A stretch of 64,000 bases of DNA from Betaproteobacteria bacterium (GTDB taxonomy: Bacteria; Pseudomonadota; Gammaproteobacteria; Burkholderiales; Burkholderiaceae_A), in contig JAOINB010000001.1 of assembly GCA_028139135.1 (NCBI GenBank), forward strand, positions 45,171 through 109,170, in the 5' to 3' direction. Of this stretch, positions 55,675 to 64,000 are shown piece after piece. Below the pieces are notes generated by a model. It did no database searches. It saw only the letters and a program-made list of their open reading frames with translations, and had not been told where the DNA came from. How positions within the stretch are numbered: position 1 is the stretch's first letter; every line of letters begins with the position of its first letter. A program made the translations under genes and the position numbers.

Positions 55675-55750
55675 CTTGACCCTCAAAATATCTATTGTAA
55701 CAGACGTGAAGCTAAGTGTCCTCATGAGTTCGTAATTTCATTGTTGGTCG

Positions 55751-58033
55751 TTAGTCAATTAAAAGTTCGACAATCTCTTCCTTATCTAACCACTCAGAAA
55801 AAATAAAAGGGGCTTGGCCTGGTCGAAGTAGAATATTTAATGGAACGCCGACTCTCCCATATTTTTTTATTTCATTCTCAATTTCCTTATTTTGCTTTGT
55901 CCAATCAGCCCGAATAAGTATGATATTTTTCTCAGCAAATAAATCTACAAGCTGTTCGTCTTCAAGAACTCTTACTTTATTAACTTGACAAGTAATACAC
56001 CAAGTCGCTGTAAAATCTAACAAAACTGTGTCGCCTTTTTGCAAAAACAGTTCAGGCAGACCAATCTCCCAATTCTTCCATTCAATTTTTTCCTTCGTGA
56101 TACTAATAACTTCATCCTTTTCGTTCCTATCTGACAGAGTGTCAAAACTTTTTTTCGAATGTGCATTAAATACACTATGCGCAGTTATCACAATTGCAAT
56201 TATCAGAACCAAACGTACAACATTGATTTGATATATTATGTTAGAACTTGTTTTGTATTGTTTCGGAAAATGTTTCTTATGCCAGAAAAATATGGCGGCA
56301 AGAATCAAGATAACAAATATTTGGAGTATTGATTCATTCCCTTCTAACTCAATATATATTAGTAAAAGCCAACCCGCAGAGATTAACATCGGGAAACCGA
56401 GAAACTCTCGAAGCAACTCCATCCATTTTCCAGGTTTCGGTAAAAACCCTATTAACCGCGGATTACTGGCCAAAACGACGTAGGGAAAAGAAATTCCTAT
56501 GCCCAAAGCAAAAAACACAAGTATTAATTCAGTATTTGATGTGCTAACAGCATAACCTAGAGCACTACCCATAAAGGGAGCGGTACAGGGAGTCGCCACA
56601 ACAACGGTTAATGCCCCACTGAAAAAATTACCCAAAAACCCTGAATAGCGATCATAGGAAGCAAGGGAGAGCGAACTTGTTGCAAACTCAAAAAATCCAA
56701 ACAAATTTAATGCCATGAGAAAAAAAAGGAAGACTAAACAAAGAACAAATGATGAATTTTGCAACTGAAAACCCCAACCAATGCTGGTCCCTGAATTTCT
56801 CAGCAATATAAACGTAACTGCAAAAAGTAACATAAATGAAAGAACACCAAGTGAAAACCCAAGGGTATTGATATTGCTCTGGAATCCATTATTGCTCGTT
56901 TTAATTAAGCTCAAAACCTTAATTCCAATAACTGGAAAAACACATGGCATAAGATTTAAAATCAACCCTCCAAAAAAAGCAAAGCCAATACTCACTAAAA
57001 AACCGATGTTTGTCTTAAAGTACCTATCATCTGCATCATTTGTTAAAATTCTTTCGGAGGTCCCTGCTAGGTCTAAATTCTCTAAATTTCTTTCATCAAA
57101 ATCTCGGTATTCTAGTTTTATGTATTTTGAAGAACCATCAGAAAATTTTAGCAAGCCATTAAGGGACTCGATTCCCAACTTTCCAACCTCGGGTGTTTCT
57201 GTATTCAACTTAGATTCTAAACGCCAGCCTATATCTTTAGTTGCAACATCCCTCACGTTAACAAATGATTGTGTTGCCGATGGGACAATTAATCCTTTTT
57301 TTAAAGGAAAAAATTCGGGACTTTTTTCTAGTTTTTCTAAAAAGCTATAAATATATAGTTTTTTATAATCTTTGCTATGTGACCAAAATAACCTGTTGGA
57401 AAAAGCTACGTCTTCTTTTGGATTGTTTTTTCTCACATTTTCTATGGATCTAGAATAAGATGTTCTACCAACTTCCAAATCTTCTGAAACTGGTAGCCTA
57501 ACCGACAATGTTTTATTTCCTGGAATACAAACATCTTTACAAATTAACCAGGCAACATTGACATCAATACGTACTGAATCCGTTACCAAATCATCTGGCA
57601 TAGATATGTCTTGTAATAGAAGCAAACTATTTTCGTATCCATAATTTGCCAGGGTGTCAATTAAAAACTTTTTTGGGGTTGGCCATTGAATCGGTCCTAC
57701 TTTCCAAAGTCCATTAGCAACCGAAAAGTTATGACTAATTTTAGTAGGGAGGCCAGTATCACCAGGATTGGACCAGTACGTATGCCAGCCAGGATCATGC
57801 TCCATTTTTACACCAAGCGTAAATGTGTTTCCGGGACTGATAGCTTTTCTGTCCGTGACCAACCCAATCTGTAGATTTCCTTCCCGAGCTAAACCCTCAA
57901 CATTATTAGACATGTTAAAAAATGTTGGTAAATCCTGGGCTAAAAGAAAATTTCCTTGAAAACCAGCTACCTCGGTTAACAAGAAAAAGATAAATATAAA
58001 AAAAGTACGTTTTACGCGTATCCCTTTGTTCAT
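55751..58033 (-). CDS. DsbD-superfamily transmembrane thiol:disulfide reductant transporter, ScsB-like (760 aa)
   Basis: Long periplasmic N-domain with LICKDVCIP. TM core with MPCVFP and TPCTAPF cysteines. C-terminal thioredoxin TATWCITCQ. Confidence 0.85.
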   Translation of the reverse strand: MNKGIRVKRTFFIFIFFLLTEVAGFQGNFLLAQDLPTFFNMSNNVEGLAREGNLQIGLVTDRKAISPGNTFTLGVKMEHDPGWHTYWSNPGDTGLPTKISHNFSVANGLWKVGPIQWPTPKKFLIDTLANYGYENSLLLLQDISMPDDLVTDSVRIDVNVAWLICKDVCIPGNKTLSVRLPVSEDLEVGRTSYSRSIENVRKNNPKEDVAFSNRLFWSHSKDYKKLYIYSFLEKLEKSPEFFPLKKGLIVPSATQSFVNVRDVATKDIGWRLESKLNTETPEVGKLGIESLNGLLKFSDGSSKYIKLEYRDFDERNLENLDLAGTSERILTNDADDRYFKTNIGFLVSIGFAFFGGLILNLMPCVFPVIGIKVLSLIKTSNNGFQSNINTLGFSLGVLSFMLLFAVTFILLRNSGTSIGWGFQLQNSSFVLCLVFLFFLMALNLFGFFEFATSSLSLASYDRYSGFLGNFFSGALTVVVATPCTAPFMGSALGYAVSTSNTELILVFFALGIGISFPYVVLASNPRLIGFLPKPGKWMELLREFLGFPMLISAGWLLLIYIELEGNESILQIFVILILAAIFFWHKKHFPKQYKTSSNIIYQINVVRLVLIIAIVITAHSVFNAHSKKSFDTLSDRNEKDEVISITKEKIEWKNWEIGLPELFLQKGDTVLLDFTATWCITCQVNKVRVLEDEQLVDLFAEKNIILIRADWTKQNKEIENEIKKYGRVGVPLNILLRPGQAPFIFSEWLDKEEIVELLID

Positions 58034-58223
58034 GACCCTACGCTAAAAATATGACTAACACCGATATGAAGCGAATTCCTCTGTGTAATTCCAATATATG
58101 CCCGCTGTTCAATTACTTTGGGCTTGATATCATTAGATAAGTTCTCGCCTAAATCTACGAAAATAACTAAGTTAGCTTAATCGTTGACCGAAAACGCCTG
58201 CTTTGATGCGTAAATCCATAGAG

Positions 58224-58598
58224 TCACTTATTAAAATTGCAAATTTCTAACCCGCGTTGAGGGTAGTAAGTACGCGAATTACTTTCCAAAACAACCTCTG
58301 CTTCACGAGAAACATAATCACCGTGAAATCCTGTACAACGCCAATTCTTAGAATCTTCCATTTGGCACCCTTTATATTCTCTCCAAACAGCCTTTCCCCC
58401 TTTGTCGAAGCCTATAGCGACAACCCTCCGGGAACTAAAATCTGGTATCAGCGTATACTTGAATGAATCTATGCACCGCTCGCAATTCGACCCTTCCTCG
58501 CAGATGCCAAAGTGGATCTCTAGATCACCAGCATGTAAGGGGAAACTGGAAGCTATAAAACCACACAAACCCCAACAAATGTTTTTTAACCGTCTCAT
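58224..58598 (-). CDS. Small secreted Cys-rich hypothetical protein
   Basis: Signal peptide and about 8 Cys in the mature part. No family recognised. Confidence 0.5.
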   Translation of the reverse strand: MRRLKNICWGLCGFIASSFPLHAGDLEIHFGICEEGSNCERCIDSFKYTLIPDFSSRRVVAIGFDKGGKAVWREYKGCQMEDSKNWRCTGFHGDYVSREAEVVLESNSRTYYPQRGLEICNFNK

Positions 58599-58745
58599 GA
58601 ACTGAAATTATCGCCGATTTAAAAACCAAAAACCATCGGGAAAACCGCTATTACTAGAATTCCCATCAACTAGCGTAAACTATAGTATAAATAAACAAAA
58701 GTCTGATTCCTTTAATTTAATTTGTTGCGTAACGTAAGCTTTTCC

Positions 58746-59996
58746 ATGCATGTAAATATAGACAGTAACTACGAAGACAAAACTGGTGCAAAATTAGCCT
58801 CTGAGCTAATTCGTAAATGTGTGCACTGTGGATTTTGTAATGCCACTTGTCCTACGTACCAAACCCTGGGAGACGAGAGGAGTGGCCCTAGGGGCAGAAT
58901 TTCAATAATTAAGGATTTGTTGGAGGGAAAACCCACTTCAACCGATTCTTTACATCACCTGGATCAATGCTTACTATGCCGTAACTGCGAAACAACCTGC
59001 CCGAGTGGAGTTCAATATTCTAAGATTTATGAGCATGGAAAACCACTTATGGAAAATGTTGAAAAAAGACAATTTTGGCGTCGATTTATAAGAACTATTT
59101 TAAAAAAATTTTTATTGTCAAAAAGCTTTCATATTAGTATTTTCATAGCAAATCTCTTCAAGTCTGTTTTGCCGAAAAACGTAAGAGCTTTCTTGCCAAA
59201 TAAAAAACTCCACACCATTCCAACTAATATAAACCTAAAAAAACAAAATAAAAATTTTCATAGCAAGTCGTATAATATTTTGCTATTTCGTGGATGCGTT
59301 CAAAAATCACTAAAGCCTGCTATAAATACCGCGACAGAACTTGTGTTAAATGCTGCAAATTGCAAAACATTCATTGCTACAGATAGTGTTTGTTGCGGAG
59401 CTTTAGAAGGTCACCTATCAGACAAGACAGCGAAATTAAAACGCGTAAAAGAGAATATCTCCCATTGGAAGAACGCCATACAAAAAAATAAGATTGATTT
59501 TTTAGTTTCCGCAGCTTCTGCATGTAGCTATGAAATAAAGGATTACCTCAACGTAAGCGGGTTATCTGAAGACGAAAAAAAATCAGTTAAGGATATTGTC
59601 AACATAACCAGAGATATCTCAGAGTTACTTCCACAAATCTATGAGTCATTGAAAAACACGATAAAGATAAAGGATGAGAAAATAGCTTTCCACCCCCCTT
59701 GCACTTTACAACATGGATTGAAAATCAACGGATTGATTGAAAAATATTTCAAAGATTTTGGCTATGACATAGAGACTCAGTTTCCTGAAAAACACTTGTG
59801 CTGTGGCTCAGCTGGAACATACTCTATACTTAACCCAAAAATTGCAGGAGAACTCAGAGATCGAAAACTCACCAATCTCCATCAAACCGGATGCTCACAA
59901 ATCTTAACCGCGAATATCGGATGTATAACACACCTACAGTCTAAGTCTGATAAGCCCGTAAAGCATTGGATAGAAAAATTAGCCGAAGATCTTTAG
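58746..59996 (+). CDS. glcF: GlcF-like Fe-S protein (two 4Fe-4S motifs + two CCG domains)
   Basis: CVHCGFCNATCP and CLLCRNCETTCP. CCG motifs SVCCGALEG and HLCCGSAGTY. Start placed at the first ATG (the track start 58722 is a TTG). Confidence 0.75.
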   Translation: MHVNIDSNYEDKTGAKLASELIRKCVHCGFCNATCPTYQTLGDERSGPRGRISIIKDLLEGKPTSTDSLHHLDQCLLCRNCETTCPSGVQYSKIYEHGKPLMENVEKRQFWRRFIRTILKKFLLSKSFHISIFIANLFKSVLPKNVRAFLPNKKLHTIPTNINLKKQNKNFHSKSYNILLFRGCVQKSLKPAINTATELVLNAANCKTFIATDSVCCGALEGHLSDKTAKLKRVKENISHWKNAIQKNKIDFLVSAASACSYEIKDYLNVSGLSEDEKKSVKDIVNITRDISELLPQIYESLKNTIKIKDEKIAFHPPCTLQHGLKINGLIEKYFKDFGYDIETQFPEKHLCCGSAGTYSILNPKIAGELRDRKLTNLHQTGCSQILTANIGCITHLQSKSDKPVKHWIEKLAEDL

Positions 59997-60093
59997 ATTA
60001 ATTGCTGGTTTGTAATAATGCATAGAATAACGTGTTAAAAAAACTCGAAAAATCGCTTTATGATGATTAAAAGAGCGCGGAAATAAAAATAAT

Positions 60094-60777
60094 ATGGATG
60101 AATTCATGCAGGTATTTTTTGATCAGATAAACAATATTGCGCTTTACGAAACAGTAAAGCTTAGTCTACAAGTGAGCCTTAGCTCAGTTTTTTTCGCCAG
60201 TTTAGTAGGACTTCCTTTGGCTGCAGTGATTGCAACCACCAGATTCGTTGGAAAGCGATTTATAGTAATCATGCTAAATACTTTAATGGGTCTCCCACCT
60301 GTTGTTATCGGTCTTCTAATTTACCTATTACTCTCTCGAGCAGGTCCACTAGGCTCATTAGGAATTTTATTCACACCTTCGGCGATGATAATTGCCCAGA
60401 CGATCTTAATAGCCCCCATAATAATGGGCCTGGCACGGCAAATAATTGAAAATGTATGGACTGATTATAGTGAACAACTCACGTCACTTGGAATTCCCAA
60501 AAGGTCGATCATAAGCGCATTGTTACTCGATGCGAAATTTTCATTGATAACAATTATTTTAGCAGCGACCGGAAGAGCGTTGTCTGAAGTTGGATCCGTC
60601 ATGATAGTCGGAGGAAATATTGATGGCGTCACCCGCGTAATGACAACAGCTATAGCTTTAGAGACATCAAAAGGAAACCTAAACTTTGCGATTATGCTGG
60701 GAATTATTTTAATCTCGGTTATTTTTACAATAAACGGAATAATTTTTTTTATAAAAGAGTATTTAGAAAGTAAGTAA
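60094..60777 (+). CDS. ABC transporter permease, TupB-like (tungstate/oxyanion type)
   Basis: LMGLPPVVIGLLIYLLLSRAGPLG and EVGSVMIVGGNIDGVTRVMTTAIALETSKGN resemble TupB-type permeases as I recall them. Confidence 0.65.
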   Translation: MDEFMQVFFDQINNIALYETVKLSLQVSLSSVFFASLVGLPLAAVIATTRFVGKRFIVIMLNTLMGLPPVVIGLLIYLLLSRAGPLGSLGILFTPSAMIIAQTILIAPIIMGLARQIIENVWTDYSEQLTSLGIPKRSIISALLLDAKFSLITIILAATGRALSEVGSVMIVGGNIDGVTRVMTTAIALETSKGNLNFAIMLGIILISVIFTINGIIFFIKEYLESK

Positions 60778-61487
60778 TGAAGTCAATCTTGCCGCTAAAA
60801 ATTGATCGAGTTTGGTTTAAGAATGCAGAAGAAATTCTTCTCGAAAATATCACGCTATCGATTGAAAAAGGTTTACCCAAAATCTTAATGGGAGCCAATG
60901 GATCCGGAAAAACGTTACTTATGCGAGTTGCGCACGGTCTTCTTACGCCTACTCAAGGAAGAGTTTCGTGGGCTGACAATAGAAAAAACTTTGGTTCTGT
61001 GAGACAAACAATGGTTTTTCAAAAACCAATTATGCTTAGAAGGACAGTAAAAGAAAATTTATTGTTTGCGTTAAATGCTATAGAGAATGACCGGACAATA
61101 AAAGAACAACTTGTGCAGAAAGCCCTAAGCGAGGTAAATCTTGCTCATAAAGCAGATGCTTATGCGCCCACACTGTCCCAAGGTGAACAACAAAAATTGG
61201 CGATAATTCGAGCATGCTTGCTCAAGCCAGAAGTTCTGTTTCTAGATGAACCTACGTCGAACATCGATCCGCACTATACCAGGGAAATTGAGAGCCTCAT
61301 CAGAGCGATTTCAAATCAGGGGACACAGATTATTATGGCAACTCATAACATTGACCAGGCAAAACGAATAAACGGAGAAATTCTATTTATGAAAAAAGGT
61401 CGATTGATAGATAAGCGGAACGCAAATGAATTTTTTGCAAATATTAAAGATTCTCATATAAGCGAGTTTCTAACTTTCTCAAAATAA
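60777..61487 (+). CDS. ABC transporter ATP-binding protein (TupC-like)
   Basis: Walker A GANGSGKT, signature LSQGEQQKLAI, Walker B LFLDEPTS. The start overlaps the permease stop. Confidence 0.85.
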   Translation: MKSILPLKIDRVWFKNAEEILLENITLSIEKGLPKILMGANGSGKTLLMRVAHGLLTPTQGRVSWADNRKNFGSVRQTMVFQKPIMLRRTVKENLLFALNAIENDRTIKEQLVQKALSEVNLAHKADAYAPTLSQGEQQKLAIIRACLLKPEVLFLDEPTSNIDPHYTREIESLIRAISNQGTQIIMATHNIDQAKRINGEILFMKKGRLIDKRNANEFFANIKDSHISEFLTFSK

Positions 61488-61489
61488 TT

Positions 61490-61894
61490 CTACTTTTTAC
61501 AAAACCGCTTATAAACGATTCCCAAATCCGCATCAGTATCAATCGATCTCCATTCCTCTGCTTTATAGTATTCCTTAACCGGGATACCTCCTAAAAAAAA
61601 ACCGCTGTATGAGTACCTTGATTTTACTCTCATTTCGCTGGACAAACAGTCTATTTCTAGTTTTAATTGGCGAGACTTTATCTTTTTATTTTCTTGTTTA
61701 AAATTTATTAAGACCCAAACACTCTTGATACCTTCGTCAATTAATAACACGCTTCCAGGGTCAACATAATAAGTTCCCTTCTCTGACTGGCTTACCTGCT
61801 TCCACTCACACAATCCTGGTTTTAAAAAAAACAAAATGAAAACTAACCCAGCAACTTTTCTCATATAATTCATAATGTAACAGAAGCCTGACAA
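61490..61894 (-). CDS. Adhesin-E-like small secreted protein (paralogue 4 of 4)
   Basis: Signal peptide, W-K-Q-V...YYVD...LEIDC...KRFCKK pattern. Confidence 0.55.
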   Translation of the reverse strand: MSGFCYIMNYMRKVAGLVFILFFLKPGLCEWKQVSQSEKGTYYVDPGSVLLIDEGIKSVWVLINFKQENKKIKSRQLKLEIDCLSSEMRVKSRYSYSGFFLGGIPVKEYYKAEEWRSIDTDADLGIVYKRFCKK

Positions 61895-61906
61895 CCCACA
61901 ATAAAA

Positions 61907-62959
61907 ATGAAATATCCAACACCGAAACCATTTGTCGAAAGAGAACTCAGACTATCCGGAAAATTCTCGAATGAAATGTTAATAAACATAAGTAATTTAG
62001 ATGAGCCCATAAAAACAAAAATTGTTACACAATATTATGATGATAGCAATTATAACCTACTTAAGAATGGTATCGCACTTCGCAAACGAAGCGAAAAAAA
62101 ATCAACTTTGCTCGAATTAAAAATTGATAGGGGCCTTGGAAAAAGTCTGGAATGGGCGTCAGATATAACTAAAAATAATAGCCAGGATTTTATTCATTAT
62201 AATTTTAAAGGTTTACCATGCGAGGGAACATTGAAAGAAAAGAGATTAGTTCCGCAGAGGTTTCCATTTCAAAAAATCGTAAAACAATCAAATGAAGTCT
62301 TTCAAACGGATGTTCTCAGAACAAAATGGACGGTAACCTATAAAGATTCAATCTTTACGATTTGTTTTGATGAGGGAAAAATATTGTGTCAGACTCGTGA
62401 ACAACTAATTAACGAAATTGAAATTGAAATACAGAGGGATGAGAACAATCTTTTGCTAGAATTTTTCGGAAACTTGTGGGCGAAACTTCCGAAATCTTTT
62501 TATCAAGGAAGATCTAAAGCGCTACGTGGATTTGAATTTAGAGCAAATCAGAAACTTACATTCCAGGTTCTCAAAAAACCAAAAACTATATCAGCCATTT
62601 CTTTTAAGAAAATTAGAACTGAACTCTTGAGTTCGATTGCAGTGCTGGATTATTTTTCATGCTTATTTTGTGAAAACGGTGGAAAATCATCCGTAAACTG
62701 CCTTAGAAATTCACTTCTTGAGATGAAAACTCTTCTCTTATTTGGTTTTAAAAAAAGCAGTATTTTTAACAAAAAACAGCTCCGATCTATCATAAAAAAC
62801 ATTCATCGGATGGAAATGATCATTAGCCCAACAGAAAAAAAAAGAAATATCCGCCACATTGTTAATATCTTTCAACTCTATAAATCTCACACAGATTTAC
62901 TTCTGTCCCTACACAATTTTGCAGAAACCTTAAATAAATTCTCTGGCCTAAAGCGATAA
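61907..62959 (+). CDS. CYTH-domain protein (triphosphate tunnel metalloenzyme, YgiF-like) with helical C-terminal domain
   Basis: N-terminal ERELRL (ExExK-like), QYYDDSNYNLLKNGIALRKR, later EIEIEIQ. The C-terminal ~170 aa is helical, possibly a degenerate CHAD domain. Confidence 0.6.
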   Translation: MKYPTPKPFVERELRLSGKFSNEMLINISNLDEPIKTKIVTQYYDDSNYNLLKNGIALRKRSEKKSTLLELKIDRGLGKSLEWASDITKNNSQDFIHYNFKGLPCEGTLKEKRLVPQRFPFQKIVKQSNEVFQTDVLRTKWTVTYKDSIFTICFDEGKILCQTREQLINEIEIEIQRDENNLLLEFFGNLWAKLPKSFYQGRSKALRGFEFRANQKLTFQVLKKPKTISAISFKKIRTELLSSIAVLDYFSCLFCENGGKSSVNCLRNSLLEMKTLLLFGFKKSSIFNKKQLRSIIKNIHRMEMIISPTEKKRNIRHIVNIFQLYKSHTDLLLSLHNFAETLNKFSGLKR

Positions 62960-62965
62960 TTTCTC

Positions 62966-64000
62966 TCATGATATTTCGTCCTGCCCATCAACTTCGATTT
63001 GTTTTACAAATCTGGATGCAGTTTGCTTTTGAACAGACAACCCTATTCTCTCGATTCCCTCAAGCTGACTTACCAAATTTCCCTTGCCCTGAGACAGCTG
63101 GTTAAATGCTATACAGTGCGCATCCTTTGCTTTATCTATATGTCTACCTACATCCTCCATACTGCTCACAAAACCCATGCACTTTTTATAAATTTTCCTA
63201 GCTCGGTCAATAAGCTCCATGGTTCTATCATTTTGCTCTTCAAAACTCCAAACCTGGCGAATGATATTTAAACTGGCGAGGAAAGTTGAAGGCCCTGTAA
63301 TTAAAACATTACTATTCATCGATCTCTGCACTATTCCTTCATCATCCCTAAATACCTCTATAAATGCAGCTTCATTAGGCAAAAAAAGAAGGACAAGCTC
63401 AGGGGTTTTTAGACCAGGGATTTCAAAATAATCTCTCTCTGACAATTCTTTTACCCTAGCATTTATTGTTCTAGAAAGCTCTTTCAAAGCATAACCTTGC
63501 TCAGATTTGGAATCGCTATTTACAAATTTCAAGTAAGCGTTGAGCGAAACCTTAGAATCCACAACTATATGTCTTCCTTTAGGGAGGTAAATAACTACAT
63601 CAGGCCTCTTCGTCCCTTCATCAGTACGAAATACGACTTCCCTCTTGAAATCTTTCCCTGGTCTTAATCCGCTTCCTTCCAGAATTTTTTCCAAAATAAG
63701 TTCGCCCCAATTGCCCTTGACTTTTGCCTCATGACTTAATGCTTTTGTGAGCTTTTTTGCCTCCTCATTCATAGTGTAATTGAGCTCCTTTAACCCATCA
63801 ATTTCCTTACTAAGAATCAGTTTTTCGTCACTGGCTTTTTTATGCATCAATTCTATAGAGGACTCAAACTCCACAAGCCTCTCTTTGAATGGCTTCAAGA
63901 GACTTTCGATCTGAGTATTATTGGTCTCTTTAAAGAGTCGTGATTTCTCATCAAACAACTGGGATGCCAAATTTTTGAAATTAGCTTCTAATCGCCCGGT
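62966..64000 (-). CDS. rmuC: DNA recombination protein RmuC, C-terminal ~345 aa; gene runs off the right edge
   Basis: RmuC-like nuclease region (RPDVVIYLP...VVDSK...). The reading frame stays open upstream of the track start (63970 is a TTG) to the window end. Confidence 0.8.
   Translation of the reverse strand, partial: TGRLEANFKNLASQLFDEKSRLFKETNNTQIESLLKPFKERLVEFESSIELMHKKASDEKLILSKEIDGLKELNYTMNEEAKKLTKALSHEAKVKGNWGELILEKILEGSGLRPGKDFKREVVFRTDEGTKRPDVVIYLPKGRHIVVDSKVSLNAYLKFVNSDSKSEQGYALKELSRTINARVKELSERDYFEIPGLKTPELVLLFLPNEAAFIEVFRDDEGIVQRSMNSNVLITGPSTFLASLNIIRQVWSFEEQNDRTMELIDRARKIYKKCMGFVSSMEDVGRHIDKAKDAHCIAFNQLSQGKGNLVSQLEGIERIGLSVQKQTASRFVKQIEVDGQDEIS

Noticed and set aside
56781-57350. 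189-aa plus-strand ORF, with similar long antisense ORFs at 43708..44055, 47173..47589, 37973..38338, 27534..27848, 3517..3834 and 26894..27211
   Set aside because: All lie entirely inside, and antisense to, well-supported genes (ScsB, TauE, SDR, CysI, Prx, vWA, HpcH aldolase). Their products are low-complexity with no recognisable motifs. These are typical shadow ORFs.
58034-58223. Small ORFs in the 190-nt spacer upstream of the ScsB gene (e.g. the 29-aa MTNTDMKRIPLCNSNICPLFNYFGLDIIR)
   Set aside because: No SD, no hydrophobic or otherwise recognisable character, and no supporting context.
1-64000. tRNA, rRNA, CRISPR repeats, IS elements and integrases
   Set aside because: I looked for T-loop-like GGTTCGAATCC/GGATTCGAACC strings, regularly spaced direct repeats, and transposase- or integrase-like ORFs, and saw none. 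This was a visual scan only. tRNAscan-SE, Infernal and a self-dotplot would be definitive.

Overview
AT-rich, very gene-dense 64-kb chromosomal segment with about 77 protein-coding genes. Many stop and start codons overlap or abut, and TTG/GTG starts are frequent. Reading by eye, I found no rRNA, tRNA, CRISPR array, transposase, integrase or prophage block. Gene content suggests a Gram-negative, genome-streamlined, probably marine proteobacterium, possibly methylotroph-like; this is inference only.

Contents from left to right:
- An scpB fragment.
- A 10-gene minus-strand operon of the methanol/PQQ-dehydrogenase accessory type (MoxR, DUF58, MxaA-like, vWA, MxaK-like, vWA, cytochrome c, MoxJ-like binding protein, YVTN propeller, MxaD-like SRPBCC). 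No dehydrogenase gene is present.
- Secreted hypothetical proteins and a TPR/2OG-Fe(II) oxygenase fusion.
- An XRE regulator, an MFS transporter, prpC-prpD-prpE and an MscS channel.
- A PCuAC/unknown/nuclease/DUF4396 operon and an RTX serralysin-like protease.
- metY.
- A tight redox operon: heme-c/HAMP sensor, adhesin-E-like protein, DCC thiol oxidoreductase, 1-Cys peroxiredoxin.
- crcB.
- A light-damage island: SRPBCC, photolyase, an untracked DUF2256 mini-ORF, and a photolyase homologue that starts at the FAD domain.
- HDAC-like protein, CutA and DUF1330.
- An 8-gene assimilatory sulfate reduction operon (cysI-DUF934-cobA-cbiX-cysH-cysD-cysN-tauE).
- Hydrolases and an SDR.
- The most interesting locus, at 48.2-52.5 kb. 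selD(senC)-senB runs divergent from an EgtB-like senA, with egtD convergent. This is a selenoneine-type organoselenium pathway.
- In that locus egtD is also the translationally coupled last gene of a PhnD/C/E/E-type ABC importer operon, which lies downstream of an ScsB/DsbD-type reductant transporter.
- A glcF-like Fe-S protein, a TupB/C-like ABC pair with no binding protein, a CYTH protein and an rmuC fragment.

Four dispersed paralogues of a small secreted two-cysteine 'adhesin-E-like' family also occur across the window.
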